Below, piece after piece: positions 15,604-22,979 of a stretch of DNA of 45,268 bases (within the stretch, counting starts at the first letter, position 1; the number at the start of each line of letters is the position of its first letter). Location of the stretch: NCBI GenBank assembly GCA_016204355.1, contig JACQKT010000016.1, positions 1 through 45,268 of the forward strand, given 5' to 3'. Under the pieces are notes generated by a model. That model did no database searches. It was not told where the DNA came from and was given only the letters and a program-made list of their open reading frames with translations. Position numbers and translations under genes: made by a program. The DNA is from Candidatus Liptonbacteria bacterium. Its GTDB lineage: Bacteria > Patescibacteriota > Minisyncoccia > UBA6257 > 2-01-FULL-56-20.

Positions 15604-15642
15604 GCCCCCAGGCATATCCATTTGCCGGGGGCATTGTTTTTA
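15604..15642 (+). terminator. Rho-independent terminator after the 15265 ORF (convergent with the uvrB stop)
   Basis: GCCCCCAGGCA ... TGCCGGGGGC followed by ATTGTTTTTA. Confidence 0.65.
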
Positions 15643-17484
15643 TAAAGTCTCGGGACTTAGAAGTTCTTCGGCGTTAAAATCTTCCGGGCTTTCCAGCCCG
15701 GCGATTTCGAGAAGATTGGCCACTGTAATTGACCTGCTGGTCGTTTGCGGCGTGACGCCGAATTTTTTGTTGAAAGCCGACTGGATTTTCCTGCGGCGGT
15801 TCGTTTCGGCAACCGCTTTCCTTATCGAATCGGTGAGCTGGTCGGCGTAGAGAATAACCTGGCCGTTTATCGAGCGTGCCGCCCGGCCCGCCATCTGCAT
15901 CAGACTGCGGTGGTTCCGCAAAAATCCTTCGCGGTCGGCGTTCAATATCGCTATCAAACTAACTTCCGGCAAATCGAGGCCTTCGCGGAGCAGATTTATC
16001 CCTACGAGCACATCAACGTCGCCATTTCTCAAACGATGCAATATTTTCGGCCTCTGCAATGTTTTTATTTCCGAATGTATGTATTCCGCTTTTATCCCCT
16101 TCGCCAGTAAAAATTCCGTCAGGTCTTCCGATTGTCTTTTTGTCAGGGTCAGCGCCAGAACGCGTTCGTTCCTCGCCGAACGCTTTTTTATCTCGGAAAG
16201 CAAGCTCTCTATCTGCCTTTCGGCCGGCCTGGTTATTATTTCCGGGTCGATGACGCCGGTCGGACGGATTATCTGCTCGACGACCGAGCCCGATTCCTTC
16301 GCGCGTTCCATTTCGTAATTTCCCGGAGTCGCGGAAACATAAACTGTCTGGCCTATTTTTTTCTTGAATTCCTCGAAACGGAGCGGCCTGTTGTCCAGGG
16401 CTGACGGCAGGCGGAAACCGTGGTCTATCAACGTCTGTTTCCTGCGGCGGTCGCCTTCGTACATCCCGCCGATCTGCGGAACACCTATGTGCGATTCGTC
16501 TACGACGAGCAGGAATGGCTTCGGCAAATAATCGAGAATTGTCATCGGCGGTTCGCCCTGCTGGCGGAATGCGAGATGTCTCGAATAGTTTTCGATGCCG
16601 TTGACGTAGCCGTCTTTGACGAGGCGTTCCATGTCGAAAGAGACGCGCTTTTCGAGCCGGTCGGCTTCGGCGAACTTGTTCGCCGCCTGCAAATCTTCGA
16701 CGCGCTCTGCAAGCTCTTTTTTTATGTTCGAAATCGCTATCCGCAATCTGTCGCGCGGCGTTACCCAGAACTTCGACGGGAATATTTTTATCGCCGTCCG
16801 GATTTCTTTTCTCGACAAATCGTGTATGGATTCTATTTTTCTGTCCTTAAATTCTACCAAAAGTTTTTCTCCGGTGATAAGAATTATCTGGAGATCGTTT
16901 TTGCCGAGCCGGAACTGCCCAGCCAGCTTCGGTTCTTTTTCGACGCGTTCGTACCGCAGAAAATTCAGATGCCGCCCAATGTCCGCGAGGCTTATTTTTT
17001 GCCCTACTTCGACATCCAGGCCGACGCGTTCGTATTCTGCCGGGTCGCCTACGCCGTAAATGCAGGAAACGGAAGAAACGATTATCAGGTCTTTCCGCTC
17101 AAGCGCGGCTTGTAGCGCAGCGTGGCGGAGTTTGTCTATGTCTTTATTTATCCTCGCGTCTTTGGCGATATAGGTTTCGGTCGCGGGCATGTACGCTTCC
17201 GGCTGGTAGTAGTCATAATAGGAGACGAAATAATGCACCGCGTTTTCGGGGAAGAAACTTTTGAATTCCTGATAAAGCTGCGCGGCGAGGATTTTGTTCG
17301 GGGAAATCACTAATGTCGACAAGCCCGTTTTTTCTATGACATTCGCCATCGTAAAAGTTTTTCCGCTTCCAGTTACGCCCAAAAGCACCTGGTCTTTGAG
17401 GCCTTTGCGTATGCCCTCGGTCAATTTTTCTATGGCGACGGGCTGGTCGCCCTGTGGCTTGAAATCTGAAACTAATTTAAACAT
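15640..17484 (-). CDS. uvrB: Excinuclease ABC subunit B
   Basis: Walker A GVTGSGKTFT, the YYDYYQPEAY beta-hairpin region, DESH box (VVDESHIGVPQ), helicase motif VI QMAGRAAR. Confidence 0.95.
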   Translation of the reverse strand: MFKLVSDFKPQGDQPVAIEKLTEGIRKGLKDQVLLGVTGSGKTFTMANVIEKTGLSTLVISPNKILAAQLYQEFKSFFPENAVHYFVSYYDYYQPEAYMPATETYIAKDARINKDIDKLRHAALQAALERKDLIIVSSVSCIYGVGDPAEYERVGLDVEVGQKISLADIGRHLNFLRYERVEKEPKLAGQFRLGKNDLQIILITGEKLLVEFKDRKIESIHDLSRKEIRTAIKIFPSKFWVTPRDRLRIAISNIKKELAERVEDLQAANKFAEADRLEKRVSFDMERLVKDGYVNGIENYSRHLAFRQQGEPPMTILDYLPKPFLLVVDESHIGVPQIGGMYEGDRRRKQTLIDHGFRLPSALDNRPLRFEEFKKKIGQTVYVSATPGNYEMERAKESGSVVEQIIRPTGVIDPEIITRPAERQIESLLSEIKKRSARNERVLALTLTKRQSEDLTEFLLAKGIKAEYIHSEIKTLQRPKILHRLRNGDVDVLVGINLLREGLDLPEVSLIAILNADREGFLRNHRSLMQMAGRAARSINGQVILYADQLTDSIRKAVAETNRRRKIQSAFNKKFGVTPQTTSRSITVANLLEIAGLESPEDFNAEELLSPETL

Positions 17485-17494
17485 TGTTTACATA

Positions 17495-17531
17495 ATGCAA
17501 ATGACGCGAATTTTATGCGAATGTCGCGAAT
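17495..17531 (-). repeat. Array of four ATTYGC hexamers in the uvrB leader (paralogous array at 38973-39008)
   Basis: Minus strand: ATTCGCG-AC-ATTCGCAT-AAA-ATTCGCG-TC-ATTTGCAT-TATGT. A TATAAT (plus-strand attata, 17536-17541) lies 4 nt upstream of the first hexamer. Confidence 0.75.
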
Positions 17532-17537
17532 CCGTAT

Positions 17538-17543
17538 TATAAT
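17538..17543 (+). promoter_or_regulatory. -10 box for ruvA, 7 nt before its ATG (leaderless geometry)
   Basis: TATAAT-atgaaga-ATG(17551). It overlaps the minus-strand TATAAT that serves uvrB. Confidence 0.5.
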
Positions 17544-17550
17544 ATGAAGA

Positions 17551-18129
17551 ATGGTTTACAGCGTTTCCGGGAAACTTGCGGCAAAACGTGATTCTTTCGC
17601 GGTCGTTGAAGTATCCGGAGTCGGCATAAAAATCATCACTCATAAGAGAGCGCTCTCAAGTTTGCCATCTGTCGGCAGCGAGGTCAAATTATTTTCGCAT
17701 CTTCACGTACGCGAGGACATACTCGACCTTTATGGATTCGTGAGCGAGGAAGAACTCGGCTTTTTTGAGCTTTTGATATCTGTTTCCGGCGTCGGGCCGA
17801 AGTCGGCGCTATCGATACTCGAAATATCGGAACTCAAGGAACTCTCGGCCGCCATTCAGGAAAACAGGCCGGATTTGCTGACTCGCGCATCGGGCATCGG
17901 CAGAAAAACCGCCGAAAGGATAATCATCGACCTTAAAAACAGGGTTAAAACGGAGAAATCCGAAGAGGCTGTGAAGAGAATGGAATCCGATGCCGACATC
18001 GTGGAAACGCTCGTCGGGCTTGGGTACAGGAGAGACGATGCCAAAACCGCACTCCAGAAAGTCGACAAGTCGGTTGCCGGGCTGGAACAGCGGCTGAAGA
18101 CAGCGCTGAAGATTTTAGGAAAAAAATAA
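17551..18129 (+). CDS. ruvA: Holliday junction DNA helicase subunit RuvA
   Basis: G.L......FAVVEVSGVGIKI, HVREDILDLYGF, LISVSGVGPKSALSIL and IGRKTAERII (the two HhH motifs). Confidence 0.9.
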   Translation: MVYSVSGKLAAKRDSFAVVEVSGVGIKIITHKRALSSLPSVGSEVKLFSHLHVREDILDLYGFVSEEELGFFELLISVSGVGPKSALSILEISELKELSAAIQENRPDLLTRASGIGRKTAERIIIDLKNRVKTEKSEEAVKRMESDADIVETLVGLGYRRDDAKTALQKVDKSVAGLEQRLKTALKILGKK

Positions 18130-18173
18130 AATGCTAGGCAGTGAAAATCCAACCACAACTTTCCAAAAGCCGT

Positions 18174-18208
18174 ACTACTATGACATGTCATAGTAGTCGT
18201 TTATTTTT
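18174..18208 (+). terminator. Palindromic hairpin plus T-run after ruvA
   Basis: ACTACTATGACA/TGTCATAGTAGT is a perfect 24-bp palindrome, followed by CGTTTATTTTT. Confidence 0.6.
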
Positions 18209-18265
18209 CAGAATTGCAACAATTGTGTAAAATCTTATGGTCAAGTCGAATTTCTACTACCTGGA

Positions 18266-19612
18266 ATGAAAATAACTTTTCACGGCGGAGCGAAATCCGT
18301 CACAGGGTCCAATTATCTTCTGGAATTGAACGGCAAGAAAATTTTGATAGATTGCGGGATGAACCAAGGAACCCATTTCGCCGAACGGCAGAATTTCGAA
18401 CCGTTCAAATACAACCCTTCCGAGATCGAGGCGGTTTTCATAACCCATGCGCATATAGACCACATCGGCCGCCTACCGAAACTTTTGAAAGAGGGTTTCA
18501 AGGGCAAAGTTTATTCGACTCCGGCAACAAAAGATTTCGCCGAACTGATGCTCCTCGATTCCGAACACATTTTGGACAAGGAAGCGGAACGCGAAGGGAA
18601 ACAACCCCTCTACAACGCCGAAGATGTCAATAATCTCGTGAAAACGTGGGAAGGAGTCGAATACCACCGGTCAATCGACATAAAAGGTTTCAGGGTGGAA
18701 TTTTTTGACGCCGGGCACATTCTCGGTTCCGCGATAATTCGCGTGGAAACGGAGGGCAATACTGTAGTGTTTTCGGGGGATTTGGGAAATTCTCCTGCTC
18801 CGATAATACAGCCGACCGAGAAACTGGCGGAAGCCGATTATTGTCTCATCGAATCGACATACGGCAACCGTATTCATGAAGCGATTGGCAGACGACAGGA
18901 AGAGCTCGAGGACGTCATCGAGGAAACCGTCAATACGGGCGGCACGCTCATGATTCCCGCTTTTGCACTGGAGCGGACTCAGGAACTGCTTTTCCATTTC
19001 CATCAGCTTTTCGAAAGCGGCAGGATACCAAAAGTTCCGGTTTTCATAGACAGCCCCCTTGCAATAAAGCTGACGTCCGTCTATCAAAAATACGAAAAAA
19101 ATTTCAACAATAGAGTTTTGAAAATGGAACACGACGGCGAGGATATCTTCAATTTTCCGGGACTGCGATTTACCCTTACAACCGAACAATCGAAGGAGAT
19201 AAACGACGTGCCAGCTCCGAAAATAATAATAGCCGGGTCCGGCATGTCGAACGGCGGAAGGATACTTCACCACGAACAAAGATATCTTTCCGACCCGAAA
19301 AGCACGATACTTTTCGTCGGCTACCAGACAGTCGGCTCGCTCGGAAGAAGAATTCTCGGCGGCGAAAAAACGGTGAGAATTTTTGGCGAAGAAGTTCAGA
19401 TACACTGCCGCATAAAAGAGATAAGCGCGTACTCGGCGCACGCCGACCAGGCACAGTTGCTGGACTGGATAAAACCGATGCGGCTTTCTTTGAAAAAAGT
19501 TTTTGTTGTCCAGGGCGAAGAAGGTTCGAGCGAAGTCTTGGCGCAGAAAATCCGCGATAACTATGCAGTGAACGCAGTGGTTCCCGAGCCGGGAGATGAA
19601 GCCATGCTATAA
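18266..19612 (+). CDS. MBL-fold beta-CASP metallo-hydrolase (RNA-processing nuclease family)
   Basis: HxHxDH motif ITHAHIDHIG, FFDAGHILGSA, the ESTYG motif, and C-terminal SAHADQAQL (beta-CASP motif C). Confidence 0.85.
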   Translation: MKITFHGGAKSVTGSNYLLELNGKKILIDCGMNQGTHFAERQNFEPFKYNPSEIEAVFITHAHIDHIGRLPKLLKEGFKGKVYSTPATKDFAELMLLDSEHILDKEAEREGKQPLYNAEDVNNLVKTWEGVEYHRSIDIKGFRVEFFDAGHILGSAIIRVETEGNTVVFSGDLGNSPAPIIQPTEKLAEADYCLIESTYGNRIHEAIGRRQEELEDVIEETVNTGGTLMIPAFALERTQELLFHFHQLFESGRIPKVPVFIDSPLAIKLTSVYQKYEKNFNNRVLKMEHDGEDIFNFPGLRFTLTTEQSKEINDVPAPKIIIAGSGMSNGGRILHHEQRYLSDPKSTILFVGYQTVGSLGRRILGGEKTVRIFGEEVQIHCRIKEISAYSAHADQAQLLDWIKPMRLSLKKVFVVQGEEGSSEVLAQKIRDNYAVNAVVPEPGDEAML

Positions 19613-19620
19613 TTAAAGAC

Positions 19621-20223
19621 ATGCCGAACGGAAAAAACCGTAACCATAACCACGACCCGAAACTTTATCACCTCAAATATAAAATATGCGTTTCGGGAGC
19701 TGCGGACACTTCGAATTGCGGTCCCGACGAAATGCAAAGAACCGAAGAAATCGGACGGCTTGTCGCGCAAAGAGGATTCGTTCTGGTTACAGGAGCGACT
19801 ACAGGCGCGCCTTATTGGGCTGCAAAGGGAGCAAAAGAGGCGGGAGGCTTCGTCATTGGGGTTTCACCGGCGTATTCCAAAATACAGCACGTTAAATCGT
19901 ATCGCCTGCCGGTCGACTACCACGACCTGATAATTTACACCGGATTCGGATATTCGGGGCGCAATCTTCTTTTAACGAGAGCTTCGGACGCGGTTATAAC
20001 GGTTTGCGGACGCATAGGAACGCTCAACGAATTTACAGACGCATTCGAAGACGGAAAACCGCAGGGTATTTTGCTCGGGGGCGGCGGGACTACGGAGATG
20101 ATACCCGAAATAATCGAGCGCGCGGGGCGCGGGTCAGGCAAGGCAGTTTTCGATAAAGACCCCGCCAAACTTCTGGATAAAGTTGTCGAAATGATTGTGG
20201 ACGAGGAAAAGGAAATAGAGTAA
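19621..20223 (+). CDS. TIGR00725/LOG-like Rossmann-fold nucleotide-binding protein
   Basis: ICVSGAA ... VLVTGATTGAPYWAAKGAKEAGG.VIGVSP ... GGGGTTEM pattern. Confidence 0.7.
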   Translation: MPNGKNRNHNHDPKLYHLKYKICVSGAADTSNCGPDEMQRTEEIGRLVAQRGFVLVTGATTGAPYWAAKGAKEAGGFVIGVSPAYSKIQHVKSYRLPVDYHDLIIYTGFGYSGRNLLLTRASDAVITVCGRIGTLNEFTDAFEDGKPQGILLGGGGTTEMIPEIIERAGRGSGKAVFDKDPAKLLDKVVEMIVDEEKEIE

Positions 20224-20259
20224 CTTTTTTCAACACAAAGGTCGTGCATTTTAGCGATC

Positions 20260-20523
20260 ATGTCCGTCAAAACTAAAAAAGAAAAACCAATAGGCGCCGT
20301 TACTCATTTTTACGGTCATCTTGGCGTTGCGATAGTAAAATTCAACAAACCATTCAAAGTCGGGGAGAAAATTCATTTTAAAGGCGCAACCACCGATTTT
20401 GATGAAACCGTGAAATCGATGCAGTATGACCACAAGCCAGTCGAAGCCGCCAAAAAAGGACAGGAAGTGGGTATCAAAGTCGGCGATAAAGTAAGGGAAG
20501 GGGACGAAGTGTACGAGGCATAA
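20260..20523 (+). CDS. Small EF-Tu-domain-2-like beta-barrel protein (translation elongation factor-like)
   Basis: IGAVTHFYGHLGVAIVKFNKPFKVGEKIHFKG...GQEVGIKV.DKVREGDEVY resembles stand-alone EF-Tu domain II-like proteins. Confidence 0.55.
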   Translation: MSVKTKKEKPIGAVTHFYGHLGVAIVKFNKPFKVGEKIHFKGATTDFDETVKSMQYDHKPVEAAKKGQEVGIKVGDKVREGDEVYEA

Positions 20524-20625
20524 ATTTATTGTCTCGAAAACACGCTATCAAATTCCCAGCGAGAAATTTGCGCTCGCCCTCGGCCTGCGGGACGTTTTTC
20601 TTAACAATAAATTTATGCGTCCGGT

Positions 20626-21735
20626 TTGTTAATTATGGGAAATTCGAAATCTTTTTGGGGCGGTGTGGGCTTTATCGCAGCCACAACCATTGGGGCGGGA
20701 ATGTTTTCCCTACCCTATATATTTCACGAATCTGGCTGGCTTACCGGAGTTTTTTATTTAATCGTATTAAGTACAGTGACTATTTTCGTTCATCGGCTTT
20801 ACTGGCTCGCGTTGGAAAAAGCGAATAACGGAAGCAGTCTTCTCGGACTGGTCAGGGAACATCTGGGCAAATACGCTTTTTACGCGTCTTCCGTTTCGGT
20901 TATTGCCGGCCTTTTTTTGATTCTCTTGATTTACCTTATTCTGTCCGAAAGTTTCGCGCGTCTTGTTTTGCCAAGCGCGTCAGCAAATTATGGCGCGGTT
21001 TTGTTTTGGGTAGCGGCATCCATTCCGCTTCTTTTTAAACTACCCCGCGTAGTTGGTGCGGAATTTTTGGGGACAGTTCTTATGTTCCTGATAGTTTTTT
21101 TAATTTTTTTGACGGGACAAACCGGATTTTCCGGAATTCCCGTTGTAAGCATAGACAACATTCTCCTGCCTTTCGGGGCAATACTCTTCTCGCTGACCGG
21201 CTGGACGGCCATAGAGCCGATGTTCCGCTGGGAGAAGAAAAACGGCGATCCGAATTACATGCCGAAGCTTATTTGGGGCACTTTTGTGTCGGCAATTATT
21301 TATTTTCTTTTTGTGCTGGGAATTTTAGGGTCGGCAGATTTTGTTTCTCCCGATGCGTTATCAGGGCTTTCATCATGGCCTTTATGGAAAATCCAGCTGC
21401 TCGGCTTGTTGGGAATTTTTGCGATGTGGACTTCTTACGTTCCCATAATTTTGGAAATAAAAAACGAGTTGAAAGAAGATTTACATCTGCCCCCACTCTT
21501 TAGTTACGCGGCGGCTCTTTTTCTCCCGTTAATTCTTTTCTTCTCGGGATTCTTCAACTTTCTGGGGGCGATAAGCCTGGTAGGCGGAGTTTTTCTCGTG
21601 CTTCAGTATATTTTTATAATTCTGGTCAGTAAAAAAATTCTGACGCTTTCCGGCTCGACTAAATTTTTTTCCGATCTGCTGATACTGGTTTTTCTGGCAG
21701 CGGCGGTTTACGAAATTTATTATTTTGCGGTATGA
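20626..21735 (+). CDS. Amino-acid permease-like polytopic membrane transporter
   Basis: About 10-11 hydrophobic helices. The N-terminal GFIAATTIGAGMFSLPY is typical of the aromatic/hydroxy amino-acid permease (Trp_Tyr_perm-like) family. Confidence 0.65.
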   Translation: MLIMGNSKSFWGGVGFIAATTIGAGMFSLPYIFHESGWLTGVFYLIVLSTVTIFVHRLYWLALEKANNGSSLLGLVREHLGKYAFYASSVSVIAGLFLILLIYLILSESFARLVLPSASANYGAVLFWVAASIPLLFKLPRVVGAEFLGTVLMFLIVFLIFLTGQTGFSGIPVVSIDNILLPFGAILFSLTGWTAIEPMFRWEKKNGDPNYMPKLIWGTFVSAIIYFLFVLGILGSADFVSPDALSGLSSWPLWKIQLLGLLGIFAMWTSYVPIILEIKNELKEDLHLPPLFSYAAALFLPLILFFSGFFNFLGAISLVGGVFLVLQYIFIILVSKKILTLSGSTKFFSDLLILVFLAAAVYEIYYFAV

Positions 21736-21861
21736 AACTTCGTTTCATCAATCGGTTCGCTCGGATAAAATGAAAATAATTTTCAATTTTACTCCTCACT
21801 GCCGATTGTAGGATAATATTGGCGAAATTGTGTGAATTTGGAGTAAGATAACGAATGGTAA

Positions 21862-21933
21862 GCTCTCGTAGTTCAACGGATAGAATATCTCTCTCCGAAG
21901 GAGGTGATGCTGGTTCGATTCCAGCCGAGAGCA
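21862..21933 (+). tRNA. tRNA-Arg (anticodon CCG), CCA not encoded
   Basis: Hand-folded cloverleaf: acceptor GCTCTCG/CGAGAGC, D arm GTTC-AACGGATA-GAAT, anticodon arm TCTCT-CTCCGAA-GGAGG, variable loop TGAT, T arm GCTGG-TTCGATT-CCAGC, discriminator A. Confidence 0.85.
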
Positions 21934-21943
21934 CAACATTTGT

Positions 21944-21952
21944 TGTTATAAT
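21944..21952 (+). promoter_or_regulatory. Extended -10 (TGtTATAAT) 6 nt before the UDG ATG (leaderless geometry)
   Basis: tgttataat-gtgttt-ATG(21959), with no SD. Confidence 0.55.
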
Positions 21953-21958
21953 GTGTTT

Positions 21959-22582
21959 ATGGATAAAGCCGAAGAATTGAAAAATCTTGAGGCGGAAATG
22001 GCCGCCGACAACATGCTCCCGCTCCGGGAATCGAATCTCGTTTTCGGCGAAGGAAGCCCCGACAGTAAAGTTATGTTTATCGGCGAAGCGCCGGGATTCA
22101 ACGAGGACCGGGAAAAACGGCCTTTTGTCGGGAGAGCAGGCCAGCTTTTGAGAAAAAATTTACGCGAGATGGGCTGGAAAGAAAACGACGTTTACATAAC
22201 GAACATCGTAAAACGGCGTCCACCGGAAAACCGCGACCCGTTGCCGAACGAGATAGCCGCATACCAGCCGTATCTGGAAAAGCAGATAAAAATAATAAAT
22301 CCCAAAATCATAGCGGCGTTGGGCAGATTTTCGATGAATTATTTTTTGCCGGAAGCAAAGATAAGCCGCGACCAGGGGAAAGTTTTCCGTTTCAAGAATT
22401 TCCTCCTCGTTCCTATTTACCATCCCGCGGCGGCCTTGCGTTCGACCGAAGTTCTTGGGGAAATGCAAAAAAGCATGAAACAACTCCCGAAAATTCTTGA
22501 AAAAGCGGACGAATTTCTGGCTCAATCCAGGCCGGAACAGCCGGAAAAGAAAGAACAAACCGTACAAAAAAAGCTGTTTTAA
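21959..22582 (+). CDS. Uracil-DNA glycosylase, family 4
   Basis: GEGSPDSKVMFIGEAPGFNEDREKRPFVGRAGQLL and HPAAALR motifs. Confidence 0.9.
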   Translation: MDKAEELKNLEAEMAADNMLPLRESNLVFGEGSPDSKVMFIGEAPGFNEDREKRPFVGRAGQLLRKNLREMGWKENDVYITNIVKRRPPENRDPLPNEIAAYQPYLEKQIKIINPKIIAALGRFSMNYFLPEAKISRDQGKVFRFKNFLLVPIYHPAAALRSTEVLGEMQKSMKQLPKILEKADEFLAQSRPEQPEKKEQTVQKKLF

Positions 22583-22615
22583 GAAAGCCGACGCGGGACA
22601 TAAACGGAGTCCCGG

Positions 22616-22624
22616 TGATATAAT
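22616..22624 (+). promoter_or_regulatory. Extended -10 (TGaTATAAT) 7 nt before the ATG at 22632 (leaderless geometry)
   Basis: tgatataat-aagacca-ATG. Preceded by the CGGGAC...GTCCCG hairpin that follows UDG. Confidence 0.55.
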
Positions 22625-22631
22625 AAGACCA

Positions 22632-22979
22632 ATGAACTTTTCGCTGGCCTATCTTGCAGGCAGGTTTGTGTATCGTATTTCCGATTTTTTTCACCATTGG
22701 TACACAGACGCATCCAGGGTGTTTTTCCACAAATTCGTTTCTTTTCTGGAACGCGTTGACCGCACCGTTGCGCTGAGGGTCACGCTGAAATTTTTCTTTC
22801 AGCCGCTTTACAAGGACTACACGGTCATTGGGCGGATTTTAGGCGTCGTCTTCCGGACGGGAAGACTGATTGTCGGCGTTGCGGTATACGCCCTGATATC
22901 GGCAATTTTCATCTTCATTTATGTTTTATGGCTGGCCGTGCCGGTCATTTTGATACTTTATGTTCTCGGAGCCAGATAA
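22632..22979 (+). CDS. Hypothetical small membrane protein upstream of the ClpC-like gene
   Basis: The start was chosen from the promoter geometry. C-terminal TM stretch VGVAVYALISAIFIFIYVLWLAVPVILILYVL. Confidence 0.5.
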   Translation: MNFSLAYLAGRFVYRISDFFHHWYTDASRVFFHKFVSFLERVDRTVALRVTLKFFFQPLYKDYTVIGRILGVVFRTGRLIVGVAVYALISAIFIFIYVLWLAVPVILILYVLGAR

